A stretch of 32,160 bases of DNA from a virus (taxonomy: Duplodnaviria > Caudoviricetes): IMG/VR virus record IMGVR_UViG_3300024988_000017, positions 1 to 32,160 of that record. One strand, written 5' to 3'. The notes below the pieces were generated by a model, which ran no database searches, was not told the origin of the DNA, and was given only the letters and a program-made list of their open reading frames with translations. A program made the translations under genes and the position numbers. Shown piece by piece: positions 8,608 to 18,267 of this stretch. The stretch's first letter is position 1, and the number at the start of each line of letters is the position of its first letter.

Positions 8608-9039
8608 TCAGATAGTCGGCCAAAGCTCGACAACCGCGTCACGCTCGGCCTCCGTGAGGTAGCCCGTGGCCACCAGTGCTGCGAGACCCTGCACCGTCGT
8701 CGGGTGGTCTCGCTCCATGGATTGTGCCAATTCGAATTTGATCCAGAACGCAGCAAGGCCTGGATCAGCCTTAGCGGCAACAAGGTCCGCGTCCGTCATC
8801 TCGCCCGCCACCTGGACGTGCTCGATAAACTGCAGGTGTGTCATCACGAGCGGGACCGCTGCGGGCGCCGGCGGCGCTGCCCAGGTCTCCCCGTCGAGCT
8901 GCCAGCCGATACCGACACCAGCGGCGTCGGCGTCGATGACCTGCGCATCCGGGAAGAGGTCACTGGCGATCCCGAGATCGTCCGCGACGATGACATTGGC
9001 GATGACGCCGTTGATTGCGATTGCGACGTGCATAATCAA
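8608..9039 (-). CDS. Tail-fibre-associated protein (possible assembly chaperone), 143 aa
   Basis: VAIAINGVIANVIVAD...GIGWQLDGETWAAP; C-terminal ERDHPTT...LTEAERDAV; follows the fibre genes. Confidence 0.65.
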   Translation of the reverse strand: MIMHVAIAINGVIANVIVADDLGIASDLFPDAQVIDADAAGVGIGWQLDGETWAAPPAPAAVPLVMTHLQFIEHVQVAGEMTDADLVAAKADPGLAAFWIKFELAQSMERDHPTTVQGLAALVATGYLTEAERDAVVELWPTI

Positions 9040-9797
9040 ATCCCCCTGAAAATACGTACTCTGACCTGACCGCGCGCACCGGGGCCGCCATTAGCCGCTG
9101 CGGGATTGCCGCCGCCACCACCGCCCGGCACCTGACCGGCTGCGCCGGGGCCGCCGCCATCGCCTGCGTTGACCGATGCGCCCGGCGTGACCGTGCCGCC
9201 GCCGCCGGCGCCGTTGATGGATTTGCCACCGACGCCGCTGGTGTCGGTACCGCCCCCACCACCGCCACCGTTGACGGCGTCGATACCGGTCACCTTGTTG
9301 GATGTGCCAATGACTTCATTTGTCGAGCCGCGCCCACCGCCGTCCTCAAGGCCGGGCGATATCTGGCTGGTTGGCTCCCCGCCGCTCGGAGCCCCACCTT
9401 TGGTCGATACGCCAGGCCCCAATACGCCGCCGCCGCCGCCGCCTCTGCCGCCACCGCCGCCAGCGCCGCCATAGGCCGTGAATTTTCCAAAGGCACTCAT
9501 GCCGCCGGTCTTGCCTGCCTGGTCGCCGCCGGTCCCAGGTGCGCCAGGTGCGCCAACAATAACGGCGACAGACGCCGCGAGGTCGCGGGCTCTGACATAG
9601 TAGGGCTTGCCGGCCCCGCCGCCGCCGCTACCGGCGCCATTATATCCGCCTCCGCCACCGGCGCCGACCGGGTAGATTTCCACAAGATCGTCCGGCTGGA
9701 CACCAGCCGGCTTGGTCCAGGTGCCGCTGGTCGTAAAAATCTGCTCGTCGATCAGCTCGACGCCGTCACCGCCAAACAGTCCGGTATATGTGCTCAT
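9036..9797 (-). CDS. Glycine-rich tail fibre tip/adhesin-like protein, 253 aa
   Basis: QIFTTSGTWTKPAG...VGAGGGGG and many poly-Gly tracts, ending GARGQVRVRIF. Confidence 0.8.
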   Translation of the reverse strand: MSTYTGLFGGDGVELIDEQIFTTSGTWTKPAGVQPDDLVEIYPVGAGGGGGYNGAGSGGGGAGKPYYVRARDLAASVAVIVGAPGAPGTGGDQAGKTGGMSAFGKFTAYGGAGGGGGRGGGGGGVLGPGVSTKGGAPSGGEPTSQISPGLEDGGGRGSTNEVIGTSNKVTGIDAVNGGGGGGGTDTSGVGGKSINGAGGGGTVTPGASVNAGDGGGPGAAGQVPGGGGGGNPAAANGGPGARGQVRVRIFRGI

Positions 9798-10927
9798 GCA
9801 ACTCTCCTGCCTTCGACGCGCCAGGTCGTGCCGACATAGCTCGCCCGCACGCCGCGCCTGTTTCGTTCAATCGTGAGATTTTCGGCGAGCGCTGCGATCG
9901 GTTGCCCGTTGCGCGCGATCGTCACGTCATTGGCGCCGATGCGATAGATCTCGATCGGCACCCGCTTTTTGACGTCCGGTTGGGATGATGGCTGCGGGAG
10001 GGTCACCGTGATCGGCCCAGCCGAGGTGTCGCACCAGATAACCTGTCCCCACTGTGCGGCTACATTGCCGGTCGCGACGATGAGGCCGTTGATATATTCG
10101 ATCAGTTCCGCGCGCAGGGCGTCGATCATGGCCTTGACGCCGGCCGGATGCGCCATGCGGGTGGTGCTCGATCCGGCGAGGTGCTCCGCCTCGCTCGCAA
10201 ACACGGTGAGCACGACGGCGCTATAGACGCCCGCCATGCGCTTGTAGATCGTGCCGTTGGGCACGCCGATCAGATGGCCGTCAGGCGGGATCAGGATCGT
10301 CCAGGCTGTGCCCGACCACTCGGCCAGGCGCTGCGCATGGCCGGCCCAAGCTCCAGTGGCGCCGGCCGGGATGGCATAGAGATCGCCTTCAAGCGGGCTC
10401 GCCGGCGGTGCGGTCAGCGTGATGCTCTTGACCGGCAGGTGTGGCAGGTTGGTGAGCTGGGCCATCGGCACCTTGCGGGCGATGACCCACTCTCGGGTCG
10501 CATATCCATCCGGATTGATGTCGACCTGTATGTTCGCCGTCGATGCCAGGACAAGGATCATCTGGATCTGCAGCGCCGTCACCACCCCCATGGCGGCCAC
10601 CGCCTTCATGGTTTCGGGATAGTCGGCGATGGCGATCAGCGTGCCGGAAGCGTCAAACAAGCCGATCTCGCGCACCCAGAACGGGCCGGCCGAACCGGGG
10701 ATTTCTGCGGTGACCCGAAGCCAGGTCGGATGCTCGGGATCAATCGTTCGCGAATCGACCGGCACGCGATGACGCTCGTTGACGAGCCCCGTCATGGTCT
10801 GCAAAGGCGTGATGGCCGCTCCGTTGCCGTCACCGACAGCAATGGTCGACAGGATGACGGGCGATCCTCCGGCAGCAGCCGCGGCCGCGAATTTAGCCAA
10901 ACCGGCCAATGTGACGACGACACCCAT
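9794..10927 (-). CDS. Tail fibre protein with baseplate-attachment N-terminus (P2 GpH / tail-collar-like)
   Basis: VTLAGLAK...IAVGDGNG...GPFWVREIGLFDASGTLIA; central PPASPLEGDLYAIPAGATGAWAGH (DUF2793-like); C-terminal DTSAGPITVTLP module. Confidence 0.88.
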   Translation of the reverse strand: MGVVVTLAGLAKFAAAAAAGGSPVILSTIAVGDGNGAAITPLQTMTGLVNERHRVPVDSRTIDPEHPTWLRVTAEIPGSAGPFWVREIGLFDASGTLIAIADYPETMKAVAAMGVVTALQIQMILVLASTANIQVDINPDGYATREWVIARKVPMAQLTNLPHLPVKSITLTAPPASPLEGDLYAIPAGATGAWAGHAQRLAEWSGTAWTILIPPDGHLIGVPNGTIYKRMAGVYSAVVLTVFASEAEHLAGSSTTRMAHPAGVKAMIDALRAELIEYINGLIVATGNVAAQWGQVIWCDTSAGPITVTLPQPSSQPDVKKRVPIEIYRIGANDVTIARNGQPIAALAENLTIERNRRGVRASYVGTTWRVEGRRVA

Positions 10928-11655
10928 TATATTGACACTCCGACGGGATAGAGGGTGGATATGCTGCGCACGCTGACCACGCCGCCGACATGCAGGTAAG
11001 GGCTCACGGCGAGGTGCGATGGCAGCTCGGGCGTGAGGATGGAGACGATGCGGCTTTGCAACAGGCCGCCGATGTAGGGGCCGACGCCGCGTGTGGTGCG
11101 CCGCAGGAGGATGGCCTCAAGCCGCGAGCGGACATTTTTGGCCCGCAAGGCAACGCGCACGAGCTGATCGGCGCGACGGCCGCTCCAGCTCTCCGTATCG
11201 GTGAGGTCGATGGTCAGCCTGAACCGGTAGGGAGCGCCGTCGTACTCAAACCATTCCTCGACCTTGGCGCCGTAGTTGAGTGCGGTGATTGCCGTCTCGA
11301 CGGCATAGGCCGTGCCCTTGTGACGGTGGATGTCATAGGACTGCTTGATGGCCTGCCGCTTGACGTCGACGCTCCAATCCGGATCCCACTCGTCGACGCT
11401 GTATTCCCAGGCCAATATCGGGAGCCACGCCTCCGGGCACTCATCGGGCCGATGGATGCGCCGGATGACGTCGGTATCCACCGCCTCCATGCGCCAGGCG
11501 TCCACCTCGGCGATAGAGCGCTCCAGCGCCGTCGAGCTGTCGGGCAACAGCGTGACGACATAGGGAGGCGGGCCATAGGGCTCGCCAAAATCGATGGGCG
11601 TGCCGTCCGTGTCCTCGACATAGATGATGTCGTGGTAGAGATCGTAGACGCTCAT
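10927..11655 (-). CDS. Baseplate/tail formation protein I (P2 GpI-like) with a short acidic N-terminal extension
   Basis: LLPDSSTALE, PDECPEAWLPILAWEYSVDEWD, HRHKGTAYAV, EEWFEYDGAPYRF, KNVRSRL; start MSVYD overlaps the fibre stop. Confidence 0.9.
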   Translation of the reverse strand: MSVYDLYHDIIYVEDTDGTPIDFGEPYGPPPYVVTLLPDSSTALERSIAEVDAWRMEAVDTDVIRRIHRPDECPEAWLPILAWEYSVDEWDPDWSVDVKRQAIKQSYDIHRHKGTAYAVETAITALNYGAKVEEWFEYDGAPYRFRLTIDLTDTESWSGRRADQLVRVALRAKNVRSRLEAILLRRTTRGVGPYIGGLLQSRIVSILTPELPSHLAVSPYLHVGGVVSVRSISTLYPVGVSI

Positions 11656-14651
11656 CGATTGCTTCGCCTCGGTTGCGGGATCCACGTCGATCCGCTCCAG
11701 ATCAGTTCCACGCCCCGCCGATCCCGCTCGATGACGAGGTCTTCGGCGAGATCCGCGATGGTCTTGCCGTTGCGGGCGATGGTGACATTGTTGGTACCGC
11801 GCCGATGCACGACGATCCGGGCACCGACTGTTGGTGCTGCAGGCAGGGTCATGGTGAGCGCAGCCGAGGCCGTGTTGCACCAGGTCTCGCTGCCGGAGGC
11901 GACTGCACCGCTGGCCGCCACGAATACGGCGGCGCCCGACAGGTCCGCTGCGGTGAGCAGGCGGTGCCATGCACCCCAGACACCGTCCGACCCTGTCACG
12001 CGGACATTGACCAAGGGGGCACCGGGAGCCCCGGCGCCATAGTATGCGGTCGCAATCTGCCGCATCGCCGAGTTGCTGTAGAGCTTTTGCGTCTCGACCG
12101 ACCAGAAGCCGACGCCCGGCGTTATCGGAGGGGCGTTGACGCTGTTGGCATTGTAGAGGCCACGGCTGCCGGCGCCCAGGTCGTTGAAATCGATGACGGC
12201 AGAGTTGTAGACGCCATACGAGCCGAGCACGTAGGCGGCAATCTGGTTGTCGGTGAGCCCCAGATTGCTCCTTGCTGCAGCGGCGGTATTGGCACCGGTG
12301 CCACCGTTAGCCACCGACAGGACGCCGGTAGCGTTTGCCAATGCGCTGTAAAACGCACCCTGTTGCCCATCCAGCAGGTCCGCATCAACGCCACTACCTG
12401 CACCGTCGACGGTGAGCAGCTTGGCGCGGACGTCGCTGGCCGTGTAGCCGAGCGCAAGGATCGCAGCCGTGACAAACGCCGTCGTCGCCAGCTGGGTGTT
12501 GTTCGTTGCCGGGTTTGCGGTCGGCGCCGTCGGCGTGCCGGTCAGCGCCGGCGAGGCAAGCGGAGCTTTGCTATCGAGTGCGGCTTGCAGGCCGGTCACG
12601 GTGCTGATTGCTTGGACCCCGGTATGGTTTCCACGCCCCAAAAAATGGGCGGGGCTTAGTCCACCAAACTTCGCGGCATCGGCGGCTGTCGCAGCGATCC
12701 CGAGATAGACTAGATCCATCTCAGCCTTAGTAACGAGCGATCGCTCCCACATCCCGAAAACGCTGCCCTGGCGCAAACGCCAGTAGCTTTTGGAATCAGC
12801 GGCCGTACCATTGATCGCCGTCAGCAACTGCAAGCAGTGTTGACCGGAAGCTCTGTCGGCAACAATCCCTACGAAATAGTCAGTGCTGTTCGGAGCGTTC
12901 ACCGCCCCTGGAGCCGAGGTGTAGTAGCCGGGCTCAAGAGCAGCGTCCCAATTCGTCACCGTTTTTGAAGTGGCGCCGATCCGTGCAGGCAACTGGGCAT
13001 CCGGCAAGGTTCCAGCATTCATATTGCCGGCGTTACGATAGAAGGCACCCTGCTGCCCATCGAGTAAGTCGGCATCGAGGCCACTGCCTGCGCCGTCCAC
13101 CGTCACCAGCTTGGACAGGATCGCTGCCGCCGTCTCGCCGCCGGCAACAGCGTCATAGAGCGACTTTACAAAGGCGGTGGTTGCGATCCTTGTCGAGTTG
13201 TCGGCGGCGCCTGGTGTGGGGGCGGTCGGCGAGCCGGTCAGGGCCGGAGACGCGAGCGGAGCCTTGAGCGCCAGCGCATTGGTGATCGTCGCAGCAAAGG
13301 ACGGATCGTTGTTGATGGCCGCTGCCAGTTCGTTGAGCGTGTCCAGCGCGCCCGGAGCCGAGTTGATCAGATTGGCGATCGCCGTCTGCACGAAAGCCGT
13401 TGTAGCAACCTTGCCGGTATTGTCGCCGTTGCTCGGCGTCGGCGCGGTCGGCGAGCCGGTAAGCGCGGCACTGTCCTTGGGCGCATACCAGCTGCCTTGC
13501 TGCCCATCGAGCAGATCAGCATCGAGACCGGAGCCGGTCCCATCAACGGAGAGCAGCTTGGCGAGCACGTCAGCTGCGCTGTAGCCAAGGGCCGTAACGA
13601 CGGCATGGACAAAGGCGGTGGTGGCAAGACGCGTCGTGCTGGTTGCCGTTGCCGGCGTCGGCGCGGTCGGTGAGCCGGTCAGCGCCGGCGATCCGATCGG
13701 CGCGTACCAGGCACCATGCTGCCCATCGAGGAGGTCCGCATCGAGACCGGAACCGATCCCGTCGACGGTGAGCAGCTTGGCGAGCACATCGGACGCCACA
13801 TAGTTCAGCGCGGCGATGATCGCCTTGACATGGGCGGTCGTTGCAAGCCGGTCGCTGTTGTCACCGATCGCAAGCGTCGGCGCGGTCGGCTCACCCGTCA
13901 GCGCCGGTGAGTTGATCGGCGCATACCAATCGCCATGCTGGCCATCGAGGAGGTCGGCGTCCAAATTGGAGCCGATGCCGTCGACGGTGAGCAGCTTGGC
14001 ACGGACATCGTTGGCCGTGTAGTTGAGCGCGAGGATTGCAGCGGTGACAAAGGCCGTCGTCGCCAACTGGGTATTGTTCGTGCCGGCGCTTGCCGTCGGC
14101 GCGCTCGGCGTCCCGGTCAGTGCCGGGGATGCAAGCGGAGCCTTGAGCCCGAGCGCATTGGTCATCGTCGTCGCAAAGGACGGATCGTTGCCAAGTGCGG
14201 TCGCCAGCTCCTGCAGGGTGTCCAGCGCGCCTGGGGCGGAGTTGATCAGCTCCGCGATCGCAGCCTTGACGTAGCCTGTCGTCGCCAGGCGATGCGAGGC
14301 ATCACTCGTCGGCGGCGTCGGCCCTTTTGGCTCTCCGGTCAGGTCCGGGCTGTTCTTCGGGGCGTACCAGTTGCCGTGCTGCCCATCCAGCTTGTCAGCA
14401 TCGAGGCCGGAGCCGTCGCCATGCACCGTCTTGAGTTTGGCGAGCACGTCGGCCGGCGTGTAGTTGAGCGCTTCAAGCGCCGTCACCACCTGTCGAGCCA
14501 ATTCGTCGACGATGAACTGTGCCTCCGCACCTCCGGCCGTCCGATGCATCGCACCTTCGACGAGGCCGAATGTGCTGATATCGCGCAGGTTGTCCGTCTC
14601 CGGGAGAAGATCGGCACGGGTGGGTAGGTGGATGCGGGGCCTGAATGTCAT
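11652..14651 (-). CDS. Long repetitive tail fibre protein, 999 aa
   Basis: Six GS(G/N)(L/V)DADxLDG repeats, seven SPALTGxPTAPT...ATT fibre repeats, two SAPGALDTLxELAxA repeats, knob-like segments, GGTGANTAAAARSNLG. Confidence 0.88.
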   Translation of the reverse strand: MTFRPRIHLPTRADLLPETDNLRDISTFGLVEGAMHRTAGGAEAQFIVDELARQVVTALEALNYTPADVLAKLKTVHGDGSGLDADKLDGQHGNWYAPKNSPDLTGEPKGPTPPTSDASHRLATTGYVKAAIAELINSAPGALDTLQELATALGNDPSFATTMTNALGLKAPLASPALTGTPSAPTASAGTNNTQLATTAFVTAAILALNYTANDVRAKLLTVDGIGSNLDADLLDGQHGDWYAPINSPALTGEPTAPTLAIGDNSDRLATTAHVKAIIAALNYVASDVLAKLLTVDGIGSGLDADLLDGQHGAWYAPIGSPALTGSPTAPTPATATSTTRLATTAFVHAVVTALGYSAADVLAKLLSVDGTGSGLDADLLDGQQGSWYAPKDSAALTGSPTAPTPSNGDNTGKVATTAFVQTAIANLINSAPGALDTLNELAAAINNDPSFAATITNALALKAPLASPALTGSPTAPTPGAADNSTRIATTAFVKSLYDAVAGGETAAAILSKLVTVDGAGSGLDADLLDGQQGAFYRNAGNMNAGTLPDAQLPARIGATSKTVTNWDAALEPGYYTSAPGAVNAPNSTDYFVGIVADRASGQHCLQLLTAINGTAADSKSYWRLRQGSVFGMWERSLVTKAEMDLVYLGIAATAADAAKFGGLSPAHFLGRGNHTGVQAISTVTGLQAALDSKAPLASPALTGTPTAPTANPATNNTQLATTAFVTAAILALGYTASDVRAKLLTVDGAGSGVDADLLDGQQGAFYSALANATGVLSVANGGTGANTAAAARSNLGLTDNQIAAYVLGSYGVYNSAVIDFNDLGAGSRGLYNANSVNAPPITPGVGFWSVETQKLYSNSAMRQIATAYYGAGAPGAPLVNVRVTGSDGVWGAWHRLLTAADLSGAAVFVAASGAVASGSETWCNTASAALTMTLPAAPTVGARIVVHRRGTNNVTIARNGKTIADLAEDLVIERDRRGVELIWSGSTWIPQPRRSNR

Positions 14652-15658
14652 GTGACTATCTCGTAAGTGACGGTCACGCCGACGCAGCGCGCCAGCTCCT
14701 TTGCGCCGGGCACCACGTCGTTGACCTCGTTACCATTGACGATCGCGACGATATCGGCGTCATCCACCATGGCGACGCCCGAGGCGTCGGCAACGTGGAC
14801 GGCCGCGGCGATCGCGGTGTCGGAGATGATGCGGCCGATCTGGCGGCGCGAGGCAATGTAGGCGTCGAGCCGCTTGCGCGCCTCGGCAATCACCAGCTCC
14901 GGGGCGGGGCCGTATGGGATTTTGAGGACGATCGACAGGCTGTAGTCGAGCGTCGAGCAGGCCTCGACGATCACCTTGTCGGTCAGCGGCCTGACCCGCT
15001 GCCGACGCGTGATGGCGCGTGTGCGCGTCGGCGTCGAGGCATATCGGATGATCCTGGCATCGAGGGTGTCGGCAATACTGTCGAGCACCGCATCTGTCGG
15101 CACGCCATCACCTTGTGACGAGGCGATGACGCACAGGACCTCGCCGTCGTTGCACAGACCGGAGTGCGGGTCGTAGATCGCCGCATCGAGCGCATGGGGA
15201 TGCGCAGACAAAGCAAAGAATAGATAGGCGCCCTCGGGGCCCGCCACGCTGAACGCCTCAATGACGAGCTGTCGCCGACGGCGCAGGCTGTCATCTCGCT
15301 CCATGACCGCTTCAGTGGGAGGATTGGCGGCCGGATCGGCAGGCACAAGGATCTTGCGCTCGACACCCATCTCGGCCGCTTTGTGGTCGAGGTCGCTGCG
15401 GCGGGCAAAGGCGAGTGTCGTCCCTAGTGCGGCGTGGTTGACCCGGGTGCGCACCAAGTTGTCGAAGTATGCAGCGTGCCGCTCTGTGATTATGAAGGGG
15501 TCATACTGCGTCTTGTCGACGTCAAAGGGGATGCCGGCAGCATTGAGACGGGCTTTCAGTTCTGCAATGCGATCCTTTGCCAAGGCGTCGAGGTCTAGAA
15601 CTTCGATTGCATCGAGTTTGGGTAGGAGCGAGAGATCGATATCTACGAATCGGCTCAT
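14648..15658 (-). CDS. Baseplate wedge protein J (P2 GpJ / Mu gp47-like)
   Basis: IDLSLLPKLDAIEVLD, ERDDSLRRR...FSVAGPEGAY, VRPLTDKV. Confidence 0.93.
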   Translation of the reverse strand: MSRFVDIDLSLLPKLDAIEVLDLDALAKDRIAELKARLNAAGIPFDVDKTQYDPFIITERHAAYFDNLVRTRVNHAALGTTLAFARRSDLDHKAAEMGVERKILVPADPAANPPTEAVMERDDSLRRRRQLVIEAFSVAGPEGAYLFFALSAHPHALDAAIYDPHSGLCNDGEVLCVIASSQGDGVPTDAVLDSIADTLDARIIRYASTPTRTRAITRRQRVRPLTDKVIVEACSTLDYSLSIVLKIPYGPAPELVIAEARKRLDAYIASRRQIGRIISDTAIAAAVHVADASGVAMVDDADIVAIVNGNEVNDVVPGAKELARCVGVTVTYEIVT

Positions 15659-16035
15659 GCAAAATCCCGCAAGAAGTTGGCGCTGCGCGCTTCACGAATG
15701 GTGAAGTCACCGAGATGACCGAGGGGGTAGAAGTCGCCGCTCAGGATGAAGACGAAACGCCCGTCTTGTCCGGCGCGGGCGAGATCGATGGAAGTGAGAT
15801 TGAAGCCGGGCTCTCCGCCCTCCGGGTCGTTCAAAGCGTCTGCAATCGCTACGTACAGCCGCAGCAGCGTTTCCGGCGAGGCGTTGTCATCCTGAAGTTC
15901 TCGAACAAGTGCGCCGAGATGGCGTTGACCTACTCTGCTGGCAACGCGCGTGCGAAGGCATTTACCGATCGACTGGACGCAATGCGCCCACCCTGTCAGC
16001 AACATGCCAGTCGTAGCGTCGATACCAGTGCGCAT
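15655..16035 (-). CDS. Baseplate protein W (GpW/gp25-like)
   Basis: GIDATTG...WAHCVQSIGKCLRTRVASRV...GALVRELQD...EPGF. Confidence 0.9.
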   Translation of the reverse strand: MRTGIDATTGMLLTGWAHCVQSIGKCLRTRVASRVGQRHLGALVRELQDDNASPETLLRLYVAIADALNDPEGGEPGFNLTSIDLARAGQDGRFVFILSGDFYPLGHLGDFTIREARSANFLRDFA

Positions 16036-16043
16036 GCCGAGTG

Positions 16044-16310
16044 TTACTCCGCCACCAAGACCGGATCATCCACGGGCGGATTGGCCTCATCTTGCGCCTG
16101 GTCGACGGCGGGTGGGTCAACCTTGCCCTCCTTCTTCCTCGACATTGGGCCGGGCGTCTTTGCGCCCGGGCGTTTCAATTCGCCGGCCACCAACGCGAAA
16201 TGTGCCTCATCCTCAGTCAGCAAGATTTTTCTGCCCTTGCCGGGTGAGCGACGGCCAGCGACGAAATATCCGGCTTTTTCGGTGACTTCGAACTCGGTTT
16301 TAACGGTCAT
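16044..16310 (-). CDS. Small hypothetical protein between V and W, 88 aa
   Basis: AGGAG SD; MTVKTEFEVTEKAGYFVAGRR...LTEDEAHF. Confidence 0.7.
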   Translation of the reverse strand: MTVKTEFEVTEKAGYFVAGRRSPGKGRKILLTEDEAHFALVAGELKRPGAKTPGPMSRKKEGKVDPPAVDQAQDEANPPVDDPVLVAE

Positions 16311-16323
16311 CAAAAGCTCCTTC

Positions 16324-16848
16324 CTAGAGCGCAAAAACTTTAGCGGCGCCGTCGACGGCTGCGTCGCCACCGCTGTCCATGTCGCCGATACGGTGGACTG
16401 CCTTCCCGCCTTCGCCGCCGAGGTGGATTTCACCTTCCAGGATGATCTTCGAGCCGCGCAGGCGCACCGGCCCGTCATTGGCGAAGATCATTTCTTCCTG
16501 CGGCTTGTCGGTCGGGTTCTTGGCGTCGTCGGTGTAGCCGTCGCGGACGGCAAGCGACTGCGGGCCGATCTCGCCATTCGGGCTCATGAGCCGCATCGGG
16601 TCGCCGACCTTGACCGGCAGATGCGATCCGCTCTGGCCGGCCGCCTCCTGCACCTGGACCCAGGGCGAGAGGAAGGGCTTGCCCGTGCGGCCATCCTCGG
16701 GAAGGATTTCGAGCTGGACGAGATTGCCCTTCACCTCTTTGACGTTGCCGGACAGCATCAATGACGCCATACGGCGGTCGAGATCGTCGGCCACCTTGTA
16801 GAGCGTGCGAAACTCGCGGGCGATAATCAGTTGGTCGCGGCGGTTCAT
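16324..16848 (-). CDS. Baseplate spike protein V (GpV-like)
   Basis: GNVKEV...SPWVQVQEAAG...PVKVGDPMRLMSPNGE; ATGA overlap start at 16848. Confidence 0.88.
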   Translation of the reverse strand: MNRRDQLIIAREFRTLYKVADDLDRRMASLMLSGNVKEVKGNLVQLEILPEDGRTGKPFLSPWVQVQEAAGQSGSHLPVKVGDPMRLMSPNGEIGPQSLAVRDGYTDDAKNPTDKPQEEMIFANDGPVRLRGSKIILEGEIHLGGEGGKAVHRIGDMDSGGDAAVDGAAKVFAL

Positions 16849-17366
16849 GGCTCGCCTCCTGGTGTCTGCAGCCCGATCTCCTCGCCGGTGACGTAGAGTT
16901 CGGAGAGTGCCACCCCGGCCTGATCGAATATGTTCTCGCCCAGGCGTCGGACCGTCTGTGACCATTCGACGGCCATAATGGCGACGCCTCTATCCTTAAT
17001 CGATGCTGATACAACCGGCTGGATGGCGGGCTTTTCCGGCGCGCCGATTCTGACAAGGCCCCAGAGTTGGCCCGAATGCAGCCTGGTCGAGATCGCCTCG
17101 GCCATGGTCCAGCCCTGTTCGTCACGGCCCTTGCCATCGGTGACAATGAAGGCAGCGCACTGGAGGGCGACTTCGCTCTCGCCCGAGGCATGGTCGATCA
17201 GCTTCCCGAGGAGAACGGCTATACGCACGGCCGGGCAACGGATGGAAGTCCGCTCCAACTCGTCGAGATTGAAGCGGCCGAACTGCGCCTCGACGGTCGC
17301 GGCCGGCAGGATGGCCTTGATGTCAGCGATGACCGCGTTTCGGAAGGTATTGATGCGGCCGGTCAC
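16845..17366 (-). CDS. Tail completion/terminator protein (Mu gp37-like)
   Basis: GRFNLDEL...PAVRIAVL...AVEWSQ; GTGA overlap with the G stop (ORF track start 17387 is an alternative). Confidence 0.7.
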   Translation of the reverse strand: MTGRINTFRNAVIADIKAILPAATVEAQFGRFNLDELERTSIRCPAVRIAVLLGKLIDHASGESEVALQCAAFIVTDGKGRDEQGWTMAEAISTRLHSGQLWGLVRIGAPEKPAIQPVVSASIKDRGVAIMAVEWSQTVRRLGENIFDQAGVALSELYVTGEEIGLQTPGGEP

Positions 17367-17851
17367 TGGATCAACCTCGAAAGCCAATCTTCCGTCGCCT
17401 CGACGATTTCATTCTGGTTGTCGGCGGAAAGCCCCAAATATTGACGCCGCGGCATGGTCACGGACTTCACCACGGCAAAGTTTACGAAGCCGCCGGAAAC
17501 CCACCAGAATTTGAGGGCCGAGCCGTTCTTGGGGCGAATGACGCCGCCCTCCTGGTGGATGCGGGCATAGACGAGGCCGGAACCGACGATGACGCTCCCG
17601 GTCGAGGCGACATAGTCGATCGAATCGGCCAAAGCCCCGGAAGCATAGAGCGTGCTGGTGCCGGCGCGGTTCGCCTGCCAGGCGCCGCCGTCGGGGGCGG
17701 TCTTTTCGCTGGAGATGCGGCGGCGCGTTTGTTCCTGGACGAGCCGGCCGATGCCCTCCATCAACTCGCCGGTCGGCGCATTGGCGATGCCCTCGATCTT
17801 GAGCAACGCCTCTTCCAGTCCGGTTTCGAAGATCTCCAGGGCAACACTCAC
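17363..17851 (-). CDS. Virion morphogenesis protein (Mu G / P2 S family)
   Basis: TRRRISSEKTAPDGGAW...GALADSI...VYARIHQEGG...MPRRQYLGLS; GTG start overlapping the gp36 stop. Confidence 0.9.
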   Translation of the reverse strand: MSVALEIFETGLEEALLKIEGIANAPTGELMEGIGRLVQEQTRRRISSEKTAPDGGAWQANRAGTSTLYASGALADSIDYVASTGSVIVGSGLVYARIHQEGGVIRPKNGSALKFWWVSGGFVNFAVVKSVTMPRRQYLGLSADNQNEIVEATEDWLSRLIQ

Positions 17852-18267
17852 GGCAGGCTCCCTCGCGAGAACAGGCGCCCGTTGGCGGTGAAATACGCGC
17901 CCCCGGTGGATGCCTCGGGTTCGGAGCTGGCACGCGGCTCCTCGGCGCCAAGGCCCGCCTTGCCGTCCGCGATGCGCTCCAGCAGCTCGACGGCCTGCTT
18001 GTAGCGATCTTCGATCGTCACGGTCAGCGCCGTGTGGCGCACCGCCACATGATAGATCGCGATGTTGACACAGGGCGTGACCAGGCCGGCCGGGGCAACG
18101 TCTAACGGCAAGGAGTACCTGGCCGACAGGTGCAGGTCGATTTCGGCACTGGCCTTGCCGAGCGCCGTCTGAAAGGCGTCGGCATAGTCGACGTCCACGG
18201 GCAGGAGGTCGCCAAGGAACTTGGCCCCCCAATCCTGCTCCATCTGTTCAAGCGTCGCGTAAGTCAT
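17848..18267 (-). CDS. Head-tail adaptor (Mu gp36 / DUF1320-like)
   Basis: MTYATLEQM...ASAEIDLHLSARYSLPL...IAIY...RYKQAVELLERIADGK. Confidence 0.9.
   Translation of the reverse strand: MTYATLEQMEQDWGAKFLGDLLPVDVDYADAFQTALGKASAEIDLHLSARYSLPLDVAPAGLVTPCVNIAIYHVAVRHTALTVTIEDRYKQAVELLERIADGKAGLGAEEPRASSEPEASTGGAYFTANGRLFSRGSLP

Noticed and set aside
9794-11890. Diversity-generating retroelement (TR/VR) suggested by the two similar fibre C-termini
   Set aside because: Differences are not adenine-specific, both copies are coding and include indels, and there is no reverse transcriptase in the window.
7900-14700. Invertible tail-fibre segment (gin/gix type)
   Set aside because: No invertase gene, no oppositely oriented fibre cassette, and no flanking inverted repeats were seen.
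1299-16848. Stand-alone tailocin or contractile injection system
   Set aside because: The tail is contiguous with complete head, packaging and lysis modules, so it belongs to a prophage.
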